64,000 nucleotides of DNA from Eledone cirrhosa (taxonomy: Eukaryota), in the NCBI GenBank assembly GCA_964016885.1, contig OZ024743.1, positions 64,728,001-64,792,000 on the forward strand, read 5' to 3'. Positions 1 to 11,004 of this stretch are shown here, piece by piece. A program made the translations under genes and the position numbers. The stretch's first letter is position 1, and each line of letters starts with the position of its first letter. The notes beneath the pieces were generated by a model. The model was given only the letters and a program-made list of their open reading frames with translations, searched no databases and was not told the DNA's origin.

Positions 1-1740
1 ATTATCCCACAGGTTAGTTCTAATTGCTCTTCTTTAAACCTAAATTTATGGTTTGGTACTTCTGAAGTGATTGGCTGGTTCAACAAATTGGATAATAAAA
101 ACAAACTAAAATTTATTCAATTCGATATTGCCAGCTACTATTCCTCCATTTCGCCTTCACTTCTCAATAATGCTCTATCTTTCGCACTTAAATATTCTGA
201 CATCACCACAGATGAACTTCACATCATCCTCACCGCACGTAAAACCATCCTAGAGTTCAACAACGAATATTGGACCAGAGCCGATACCTCTAACAACTTC
301 GACATCACAATGGGAGCATCCGATTCATCCCAATTGACTGATTTAATTGGTATCTTCATTTTGAACTCTCTGAGTCGGAAAATTCCTCAACTTCGCGGTG
401 GAATTTATCGTGACGATGGACTCTTTACTATCCTAAATTGCAATATAGTTAAACTTAATATTATTAAGAACAATATACGTAATCTCTTTAACCAACATAA
501 CCTAAAAATTGAATTTGATAATAGTACCAAACTAGCTAATTTCTTGGATGTATCTCTTAATCTTGACACTGGCCTATATTACCCTTACCATAAAAACAAT
601 GAGAATCTTAATTATGTTAACTTTAAATCTAACCATCCTACCAATATCAAGAATGCTATAGTTAATAATATTGGAAATAGAATATCTAACATATCTTCTA
701 ATAAAAACATCTTTGATGCTAACGCCAATTACTATAATAACGCACTTTCTAAAGCCGGCTATCCAGATAAAATCAAATATAATAAAGAAACAAATTCTAG
801 GAAAACTTACAGTAGAATATTTAATCATAACCATTCCAATAATTTTAATAAAAGACCTAGATACAAAAACATAATCTGGTATAATGCTCCTTTCTCCATC
901 TCTATTAATAACAATATTCCTAAATTATTTTTTAGTGCCTTAAATAAATGCTTCCCTCCCTCACATATCTATAGTAAAATATTTAACAAACACACCATCA
1001 AATTTTCGTATTCTACATCCTCCAATATTTCCAACATCATCTCTAAACACAACAACAAAATATTAAATACTAAATCTCTTCCTTCCAATATTGAATTTCA
1101 TAATAACAATAATAGTACTCCTGACGTCATTATAAACCCTAGGCTAACTTCTCTAAACCCAAATGCAACGTCAAACACAACTTCGCTAAATGTTCATAAT
1201 CCAACTCTAAATCAAGAAACTATTATTCCTATTATTCCTATCGCAAACAACTTCTCCAATCCAATTCCTTCTATAGATAACACTAGATCACTCATTAATA
1301 ATCTCTCTAATTGCAACTGCCGCATTAAAAATAAATGTCCTCTCAACAACCATTGCCTCGATAAAAACTTAATTTATGAATGTAAAATTATAACTAGCAC
1401 CAATTCCTTCACCTATTTTGGCTCCACTTCCACCTCTTTTAAAGCTCGTCTCTATAATCATCATTCATCTTTCAAATACAAACTTAAAAGAACTAACACT
1501 GCTCTCTCAGAACTCATATGGTCCTTAAAAGACAAAAACATTAAATATAACATCTTTTGGAAAAAGATTTCTTCTGCATCCTCGTACTTGAACAGCTCTC
1601 TATCTAAAATCTGTAATCTCTGCCTAAATGAAAAATTTACCATTATCTCTAACCTAGAATCCATAATAAATAGACGCTCGGATTTGTTTTCCATCTGCCT
1701 GCATAAATTCCATAGAACTTTTCACAAAGTATACAGTTAA
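1..1740 (+). mobile_element. Penelope-like retroelement ORF (RT + GIY-YIG endonuclease), Neptune-like, open beyond the window edge
   Basis: Frame open from base 1 to the stop at 1740. RT motifs FDIASYY, GASDSSQLTDLIG, YRDDG; then CNC-x5-C-x5-C zinc motif, GIY-YIG-like NLIYECK...TYFGST...FKARLYNH, and C-terminal CNLC...CLH. Confidence 0.92.
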
Positions 1741-1789
1741 TATTCAATTCTTTATCAATTTAGAATCTTTTCTCAAAGGCACATATACA

Positions 1790-2235
1790 TACACCTCTTT
1801 AAAATATACCCATCTACCTTACTTTAAAGGGCATTATACACTCTATAATACTCGTTTACTCATTACCCTCATCCTATCTTCTCGTAAAACAATAACATTT
1901 GTTTTTGACATTTTGAATATTCATCCGCAATCATTATTATTTTTTTCCCTCTATCATAAATCTTTTTAATCTCAATTTCATCCTTAATTTATTATTATAT
2001 ATTTTTTTTTAATATATACTCATATATTCTTTAAAATATACCCATCTACCTTACTTTAAAGGGCATTATACACTCTATAATACTCGTTTACTCATCACCC
2101 TCATTCTATCTCCTCGTAAAACAATAACATTTGTTTTTGACATTTTGAGTATTCATCCGCAATCATTATTATTTTTTCTCTCTATCATAAATCTTTTTAA
2201 TCTCAATTTCATCCTTAATTTATTATTATTTTTTT
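1790..2235 (+). repeat. Tandem duplication (~232 bp x2) in the PLE 3' region
   Basis: tctttaaaatatacccatctaccttactttaaagggc... starts near 1796 and again near 2028 with high identity. Confidence 0.85.
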
Positions 2236-2424
2236 CTCCCCATCAACGAACTCATTATTAATACATATGAATTCAATATACAAACTTTAACTTCACATTA
2301 TTTTTCTCAAATCCTTCTACACATAAACTTTTTCTCTTTGCTAATTTTAAAATTCCTACATTTCTTCTTTTGACGTTAGAATATTCACCCACAATTATTA
2401 TTTTTTTCTCTCTATCTTCATACA

Positions 2425-2790
2425 TAATTTCCCTTCGTTAATTTTCAAATTCCTTTAATTTATACATTATCTTCCAACGGTTCCCAACCTCTCTATATTA
2501 AAACATTATATCTTTTTCTCAGTTATAAAAACTATCTCTTTCTCTCTATCACCCATCTCTCCCTTTCCACCTTCACTCTCATCTCCTCCCCTTTTTTTCA
2601 TCCTTTCCAACCCCCCCTCCCTAAATATAATATATTTTTTCCTCGCACATATCCTCCCTTCGTTAATTTTCAAAATTTTTAATTTATACAGTATCTTCCA
2701 ACGGTTTTCAACCCCTCTATATAAAATATATCTCCTCTCAGTTATAAAAACTATCTCTTTCTCTCTATCACCCATCTCTCCCTCTCATCT
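2425..2790 (+). repeat. Second tandem duplication (~230 bp period) in the PLE 3' region
   Basis: ccttcgttaattttcaaa...cagttataaaaactatctctttctctctatcacccatctctccct repeated near 2432 and 2657. Confidence 0.75.
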
Positions 2791-2937
2791 CCTTCCCTTT
2801 TCATCCTTTTCTCTCCCCCCCTCTCTAAATAAAATATTTTTCCCAATATCACACATCAATCTAAAACCACTTTTCATATGTTGATTTAAAACTGCACTAT
2901 CAACAAGTGTTTTTTTAGCCTTCATATCATGTTCTCC

Positions 2938-3008
2938 TGTTTTATCTGATGAAAACACAAATATTATTGTTTGATGATGTTTGTTTTTGAAATGCGCATA
3001 ATAAAATA
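2938..3008 (+). ncRNA. Minimal type I hammerhead ribozyme in the PLE pseudo-LTR
   Basis: Stem I tgttttat/ataaaata; CTGATGA 2946-2952; 15-bp stem II aaacacaaatattat/atgatgtttgttttt; GAAA 2989-2992; palindromic TGCGCA; AUA cleavage triplet ending at 3000. Confidence 0.8.
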
Positions 3009-3129
3009 TATTGAACTCCTTTAACCATCTTTTGATCTTATATTATGCATACTCCAGTCCCACAAACTGTAGAGTGCTTCTTATCCGATATCTGCATTGC
3101 TTTATTGTACTACAATAAAACTCACCTCC

Positions 3130-3132
<3 letters not shown>

Positions 3133-3223
<91 letters not shown>
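3133..3223. repeat. (TA)n microsatellite ending the PLE
   Basis: Pure TA run directly after the pLTR-like segment. Confidence 0.95.
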
Positions 3224-3228
<5 letters not shown>

Positions 3229-3415
3229 ATGTCCCTCTTCCCTTGATGTCATAAACATGCTTAATGGTTAATCAATCCCTGTTACCAGTCTTCAACAAAA
3301 TCCCTGCAATCTTGGCAGCAATTCCTGCTAAATCGTCTTCTGCAGACCTTTACTTCAACTGACTTAGACCAATGAAGATATAACTAAAACATAAAGTCAA
3401 ATGTACCTAAACAGT

Positions 3416-3825
3416 GTCATCATCATTATCATGGTCCCTTAACCCTTTTCGGGGTCAAACTCTGCATCAACTGTCTCCATCTCTGGCGGTCAAGGGCGAG
3501 TATTTGGGCTTGGTTGTGGTAAAGTTCTTTCCTGTCCACTCGGCTATGTTGTCTGTCTACCACTTCCTCTGTCTATCCCACCTTCTCTTTCCCCCGCACT
3601 GTTCCTTGTAGAATTGTTTTAGAGAGTCCATCTGATCTTGTTACATGCCCCATACCACCCCCAGCTTCCTCCTCTTCACTGTGGCCAACAGATCTTCAAA
3701 ATAGTTCACGTGCTGCTTGATTCTTTTGCGGACCTCCTTGCTCATGATGTGTTCTGTGTAGATTTCCAGGATTCTTCTATAGCATCTATCTCCACTCTTT
3801 AGATCTTTCTCTGCAGTTCAGGGGT
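3416..3825 (-). mobile_element. Degraded RTE-like LINE 3' fragment
   Basis: Minus strand gives disrupted RT C-terminal-like text (W.DNIAEWTG) ending in an (ATG)n-type tail near 3420. Confidence 0.45.
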
Positions 3826-4286
3826 CAGGAGCTAAACAGTGTAGCAATATATAAATATTGAGCTAAAACCTGCCGTGTCTTGACAGTATATTTGATATTT
3901 TTGTAGTTAAGAAAAGCAAAAGCAATATTTCTTCTAGGCTGTTTATTGTGCGATTTGTGTAAGCCAAACAAGCGCAGCATTGACGTGGATGATAGCGAGG
4001 CTACGGCGCTGGAATAGCCAAGTACCCTAGCCAGGAGCACCATTTGACACTTCAGTAAGGCAACAATTATAAGAACTACGCTGTTAGTGGCCCAGCTCCC
4101 CACAAACAGAAAATAGGTTTACCGATAATTACTGGTATTTTAGAATTCTGTTCTGTTCGGCTACAGTTCCTACAACATCCAAGAAGATGAGGTAAAAGAG
4201 TCACCGATTCTTATTAGGTATCTACCTCTAGCCCAAGGGCTAAGGGTAAAATAATTGGACCTTTTCTCATTAACCGTGGACAATCC

Positions 4287-4368
4287 GGTTGACTCTGGAA
4301 TTGAGGGGTTGCTGACTCTGGAATTGAGGGGTTGCTGACTCTGGAATTGAGGGGTTGCTGACTCTGGA
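4287..4368. repeat. 23-bp minisatellite x3.5
   Basis: gactctggaattgaggggttgct at 4291, 4314, 4337, partial at 4360. Confidence 0.95.
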
Positions 4369-4889
4369 TAGGGCCCACTTTATTATCAGGTTCAACACGG
4401 TATGGCGAACGAAGTGACCCGCATTTAGTTGACATGACAATCCATGAAGACTAGTGAAATCAAGGGGCTGACCACGTCTACATTCTAATCCACCCCACAC
4501 CCACACACACAAAAGTCAATCTCTGGGAGAGATGGAGACGCAGAGCTCAACTAAGCATAGTAGGCAACCGATGCTGGCCACGGGCAAAGTATCAACCCAG
4601 TCCCCCAAGAATTTGACACCTGCAGAAAGTAGGCGGCACCTTGAGTGTCAATCTGATTGAAAGTAACCCTTAACCAGGGTCTTAAGGATCCTTATTTAAA
4701 AACAGTGGCAGAGGAATTGATAGAGTCGTTAGAATGTCGGATAGAATACCTTGTGGTGTTCGTTCTGGCTCCCTGCTCTCTGAGTTCAAATCCTGCTGAG
4801 GTCAACTTTTCCTTTCACCCTTTCGAGTGCGATAAAAAAGTACCAGTCTAGTACTGGGGTTGATTCTTCCTCTATATTTCTTTCTCACT

Positions 4890-5015
<126 letters not shown>

Positions 5016-5814
5016 AAGTATTTTACAGGTTTTTATTGTATATAAACTTCCCCCTTTGTATTTGTCCCCTTCTTCTGTGCCCCTGTGGCTAATAAAGAAA
5101 CATATCTATCTATCTTTCTTTCTCGGGAAGAAATCAGCTTTATTCAAACCTAGAGAGAGACGGACTTAAAATGCCAGGCTTAAAATGTCCAAGAAACGCC
5201 GTATGTCAATACGGTGCCCTTATGACTCCATTAGGAGTTGCGGGACCATGCCATACCTTTTGAAAGCCGAACGTACTATTACCCACTGTTTCTTTGAAAG
5301 GTGAGTGAATTTAAAGAAACGTTAATTCAATACTGGACATAGCATTTTCTAATGTTCCTTTGAAATTAGAGTGAAGTGATTTGAAGAAACGTTATTGCAA
5401 TACTGAAGATATTTCTATCCGAGACTTAAAGAAACATTGTCTCAAAACTGGAGTGTTTGGGTAGAGAGAATACGTTGATACCTGGTAGCGTAAGTATTAG
5501 AAATGGACAGGTACACTGGTTCTCACCTGGCTCTCACTTCTGACTCTGGGACATTTCTCAGCAACACCCTGATAACTGCTTCTGTTGTGAGGGACTGGTC
5601 ATTTGGAGAGGGGATGGGCACCGCCAATCATTTCTAAGGCACATTGAAATGCCATGATGAAAACGTCTAGAGAGGCACTCTAACAGCGTCTTGCTGCACC
5701 AGTTACAGGAACTTAAATGGTGATATATATATAACATTTAATGTAGTGCGTCATTGTTTCTACGAAATCTGCTAAAATCTCTTCAGCAAGAGAGAGACAA
5801 TATTAATAAGTATT

Positions 5815-6240
5815 GGCGGTGGATTGGCAATATCGGTAGAGAGTCGGACGCTATGCTTTGCAGCATAGAGTTATGGCCCTTCATATTCTGAGTTCAAATC
5901 CCGCCGAAGTTAACTTTGCCTTTCATCCTTACGGGGTCGATAAAATAAAGTACCAGTAATGCACTGGGATAATTGCTGGCTTTGTGCAAAAAGTAGAAAC
6001 AATTATATATAACATTAACAAGGCGATAGATTGTCAGTATCAATAAAGCGCCGAACATCATGCTTTGTAGCATAGAGTTACGGCCCTTGGCGTTCTGAGT
6101 TCAAATCCCGCCGACGTTAGGTTTGCTTTTCATCCTTACGGGGTCAGTGAAATAAAGTACCAGTAACGCACTGGCGTCGATATAATCAACTTTGCGCTTC
6201 CCCAAAAATGCTGGCCTTGTGCCTATATCAGAAACCATTA
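5815..6240 (+). mobile_element. Two tandem tRNA-derived SINE copies with conserved core (gcctttcatccttacggggtcgataaaataaagtaccag)
   Basis: A-box-like tggcaatatcggtaga and B-box gagttcaaatcc before the core. Family recurs near 4705, 8679, 9173, 14340, 15435, 16320-16780(-), 18210-19640(-), 33525(-), 38655(-), 45925(-), 49255(-), 56500(-), 61780(-), 63405(-). Core resembles a MetaSINE-type domain (from memory). Confidence 0.8.
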
Positions 6241-6442
6241 TCTATCTATATACTACTAAAACTCTGTGATTGCTTGCCTGCTTGCTTGTCTATAATGTAA
6301 TACAGCCAAAGGGCGCGTAATGGGAAAATACTTGGAAAGGAAGTTGACCCTGAAATGGGAATACAAATGAAATAAAACAAGTTTCGCGTAAATTGGAGCA
6401 CGGGTTCCCGAGATATGGGGTTTTCTGGGTACCTTCATAAAC

Positions 6443-6870
<428 letters not shown>

Positions 6871-7693
6871 TGGGCCTTCCAGTTACATTTCACATTTTTA
6901 AGTGAACATTTTAAAAAAATATTTTGAAGTGAACGTGACCCAACGGGTCATGGGTGGTCTAGTTATAAATAACATTTGGCAATTGCAATACTGGATGAAT
7001 TGTTATTCTGACTCTCACTTCTGGCTCTGGGATATTTCTCATCCACACTTTGGTAACTGCTTATGGTGCACCGCTAAGTACTTATAAGACTGATTGAAAT
7101 ACCAGAATGTACACACAGTCATACGTCTAGAATAGCACCCCAACAACGCCTAGCTGCTCGAGTATTCTTTTTACAGGTGACATATTTTGCCTGGTCACCG
7201 CTTTAAGAATTGTCCGCCAGTCTCGTTGGATATATTGTTTCGTCCCACTGAAATGTTATCTTTTAACTTGTGAAATGGAAATTTAATACTAACGTAAATA
7301 TAGTTTGTTATTTATACTGTATATTTGCTTATTTTGTTGAATGTCATATTTATATTCGCTTCATAACTCTTTTTTGTTACCGTTTTGCCCAAAGTCAACC
7401 CCCATCGAGCAAACTCATACAGTTTTATGTATAATGAACCTTGGACAACATTATCCAATGTACCCTTTATAAAGAAAGCAGCTTGTAATTTAAGAAGAGC
7501 TTGGCTACTATTTCTAGTAAGTCAACCGGGCACTACCATGCTATTAGCTGTCTCAATCGTAAACATCGTTTATTTCCGTATTACCACGACTTCTGACAGC
7601 TAATACCATGAACTATATTTTCATAGTCATGGTTATCAATGTAGAAAACAAGTCATTTTCACCAACAGTGGAGTTAACTTAAATGAAAATATA

Positions 7694-7712
7694 GGTGGCC
7701 CTTAAAAGGGCC
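7694..7712 (-). promoter_or_regulatory. Histone-mRNA-type stem-loop motif (second arm)
   Basis: Plus-strand ggtggcccttaaaagggcc is the reverse complement of GGCCCTTTTAAGGGCCACC. Confidence 0.55.
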
Positions 7713-7865
7713 AAATTAAAAAACAAATATATGATTATCAAATTTTTTTCACCAACCCTATACATGAAATTGACAACCATAACTATGAAAATATAAATGA
7801 TTAAATCCAATTTATTTGATAACCATGACTTGTTTTCTAATTAACTTAAATTTGTTTTCTAATTT

Positions 7866-7884
7866 GGCCCTTTTAAGGGCCACC
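7866..7884 (+). promoter_or_regulatory. Histone-mRNA-type 3' stem-loop motif
   Basis: GGCCCT-TTTA-AGGGCC-ACC: 6-bp stem, UUUA loop and ACC, matching the metazoan histone stem-loop consensus. Function unproven. Confidence 0.55.
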
Positions 7885-9449
7885 TATATTTTCATTTAAG
7901 TAACTCCACTTACATGCTTTATTAAAATAACGCGTGGTAATACGGAAATAAACGATGTTTACGATTGAGAAGGTTGACGAAACTTTCACTACTGACAGCT
8001 AATAGCATGGTAGTGCCGTCAACCGATTACATAGTGGCTCCCACGTTGTTTGTTTGTAATTCAAACGTGTTGATAACTTTACATCGATAATTCGGTGGTG
8101 TTCGCATTTCTGACATCACTTTTTACTAGAATTTCACAAATAAAGTAGGGTAACTATTTATTATTACACCCCTATCTGAAACATGTGTCGTGGAGTTCTC
8201 GGATGGGGAACCACAGAAAACGAATAATTTACAAATTTATTGTTCACAATTGTTAAAATCACATTACAAATTGTTCATAATTCTTACAGAATGAATATAT
8301 AAACACATAATATATACAATTAATTATTGCTAGGAACCTTATAAATATAACGCGCAAAAATATATATCAAAGCGTGAGAAAAAACGACCATCAATTCTCC
8401 ACCAAGTGCAACAATCGGTCTCACAGCACATCACAAGGGTCAACGGAAATTTTTGAGACAGGCCAACACGCTAGCACCATTACCACAGGTGATGGCGAGG
8501 CTAAGGTGCTGAAACAGACAGACACGCTCACGCACCTCACCTGACACGTCGGTAAGGCCAGCCGCTAACGATGACAAGTACTTCGGTTCTGAAGGTCATA
8601 TTCGTTCAAAACATTAGAAAATCATAGGATACGATTCACTTTCAAAATTCTAATCAAACCTACAAACCAACCTCTCTTTGGATTGGCAATATCGGTAGAG
8701 AGTCGGACGCCATGCTTTGCAGCATAGAGTTATGGCCCTTCATATTCTGAGTTCAAATCCCGCCGAAGTTAACTTTGCCTTTCATCCTTACGGGGTCGAT
8801 AAAATAAAGTACCAGTAATGGACTGGGTAATTGCTGGCCTTGTGCTTAAAGTAGAAACAATTATTACATTAAAAATTTACCTCTTTTTTTTTTTTTTTTT
8901 TTTTTTACAATTTCATAAACAGTATTGTAATATTTGAAAAGGAATGTAGCATATGTATTCAGTTCTTCAACATCTTGTAATATAGATTTGTGTATTCGTA
9001 ATTACAGCTTGCTATCTTCAACTTCATTATCTCACTCTTTATCATTCTCTGGAAGAAATCTGCTATATTCAGACCTGGAGAGAGATGGGCTCTATCTGAT
9101 TTTAAAATGCCCAAGAAACGCCTTCAGGAGTTAAGGGGGAAAAAACATTACTGCTTGCTCTCTTCCCCTTCAGGCAGCGAATTGGCCAAGTTGTTATAAT
9201 GTTTATTAGAATGCTTTGCAGTGTTTGTCCAGCTCTCTGCTCCTTGAGGTCAAATACTGCTGAGGTCAACGTTGCCTTTCATCCTTTTCAGGTTGATAAA
9301 AGCATGTACCAGTTCAGTTCTGGAGGTGATTCTTCCTGTATCCCTTTCATGACTACATGTCTAATGAATACACTTTATTTTAATTAATCAATAAAGAATT
9401 TTGAATGACTTACTTAAATTATTAATTATTTCATTACTAAAATAGTAAC

Positions 9450-10653
9450 TTAAGGAAGCAGGGACTAGAGAGAAAGGGCCTCAAAGTCAACATGACAAAG
9501 ACTAAGGTCCTTATAAGTAGACGAGAAAACAGAACCCAGATCCCCTCAGGGAAATGGCCTTGCTCAGTATGTAGGAAAGGTGTAGGTAGGAACTCCATTC
9601 TTTGCCCCAAATGCAAACAATGGGTACACAAGAGATGTAGCGGGATCTCAGGAAGCTTAATTAAGAATGTAGGATTCACATGCAGCAGCTGTGCTGAAAC
9701 AGCAAGCAAACAGCCACAGGAAACAAGTACCACCAATCTCTGGGAGGGCCCTGTAGAAACAGTAGACAGCTTCTGCTACCTAGGTGACCGAATTAGCAAC
9801 GGAGGTGGGTGCTCAGAAAGTACAATAACTAGGGTAAGAACGGGATGGAAGAAGTTTAGGGAACTACTACCACTGCTAGCTGCAAAAGGCTTCTCCCTCA
9901 GAATGAAAGGCAGACTGTATGATGCGTGTATCCGAACAGCGATGTTGCATGGTAGTGAGACCTGGGCGCTGAAGGTGGAAGACTTACGTAGATTAGAGAG
10001 AAACGAAGCCTGCATGCTCCGATGGATGTGTAACAGTAATATACGTGAACGACAAAGCATAAATGAATTGAGAGAGAGACTGAGCATAAGAGGAATCAAA
10101 TGCTGCGTGCAGGAGAGGCGGTTACGCTGGTATGGACATGTGATGCGTATGAAGGATGACAGCTGCATAAAAAGGTGCAGAGCACTAGAAGTTGATGGAA
10201 ACCGCGGAGTGGGGAGACCCAAGATGACTTGGGATGAGGTGATAAAAGCCGACCTTACCCAACTACACCTCTCAAAGTCAATGACACACGACCGTGACTT
10301 CTGGCGTCACGCAGTAATACAGGGTACCCGACCTCCCATGGGTACATGCTGAAGCATATAAACAATATGCCCCCCCCCCCCCCCACCGCAAGGTGGTCGT
10401 GGAGGTGCCACGGCAAAAAAGCACCCAGCCCACACTGTAAAGTGGACGTGTAGGCGCCACGAAAAAGCACCCAGCACTCACTGTAAATGAGGTTGGTGTT
10501 AGGAAGGGCATCCAGCTGTAGAAATCAAGCCAGATCAGTTCCTGTATGAGCAAGGCATGGTCAGCCGACCAGACACTGCCCACAACAGGACAACCCGTCT
10601 AACCCATGCTAGCGTGGAAGAACGGACGTAAAACGGTGATGATGATGATGATG
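9450..10653 (+). mobile_element. 5'-truncated RTE-clade LINE (RT C-terminus with PHD-like finger, repeat-bearing 3'UTR, (GAT)n tail)
   Basis: ORF 9492-10352: KTKVL...C4HC3 finger...DSFCYLG...MLHGSETW...RRLRWYGHVMRM...GRPKMTW; tail aacccatgctagcgtggaag...gatgatgat. Sits inside an older repeat (cf. 45440-45650). Confidence 0.9.
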
Positions 10654-10848
10654 AAGGTTCTTGTAAAAAATTATGTTGGAAGATTTCTATTTAAATAGGA
10701 AACCTTAAAATGGGTGACTTTATTTCATAGAGCCAGAGCCTGCTTTGGCCAGGTTGGTAAATAAAGGGTCTAATCTTATTCTCATTTCCTTTCTCTTACC
10801 CTTTCTCCAAGTTAATTTTTTTTTTATTTGATTTTTCTCCCACAGCTT

Positions 10849-11004
10849 ATGAAAAACTTCATGGCAGGATTGCGACTTGCTTTTAATTTTGGTTTGTGGA
10901 AGCCTTTGCAATCAGAATGGACTTTTGCTGCTCAGTGCATCCAACCTGAAGAAAAAGAACGTATTTCTCAGTTCATGTTCAAAAAAGATGCCAAAGCTGC
11001 AATG
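10849..11004 (+). CDS. AASDHPPT: AASDHPPT coding exon 1
   Basis: MKNFMAGLRLAFNF...DAKAAM|gtaagt. Confidence 0.9.

Larger units (their letters stand above)
7529..8017. mobile_element. Non-autonomous palindromic DNA transposon with 8-bp TSD and GG...CC termini (Merlin/IS1595-like)
   Basis: TSD gtcaaccg at 7521-7528 and 8018-8025; TIR ggcactaccatgctattagctgtc / gacagctaatagcatggtagtgcc; further inverted blocks ~7552-7588 vs ~7933-7969 and ~7668-7728 vs ~7850-7910. Confidence 0.8.

Noticed and set aside
5815-5905. tRNA gene
   Set aside because: A/B boxes present but no cloverleaf, and followed by a SINE core; a SINE head, like 53669.
7385-7900. Histone gene explaining the stem-loops
   Set aside because: No histone-like ORF on either strand; the loops lie inside a TSD-flanked palindrome.
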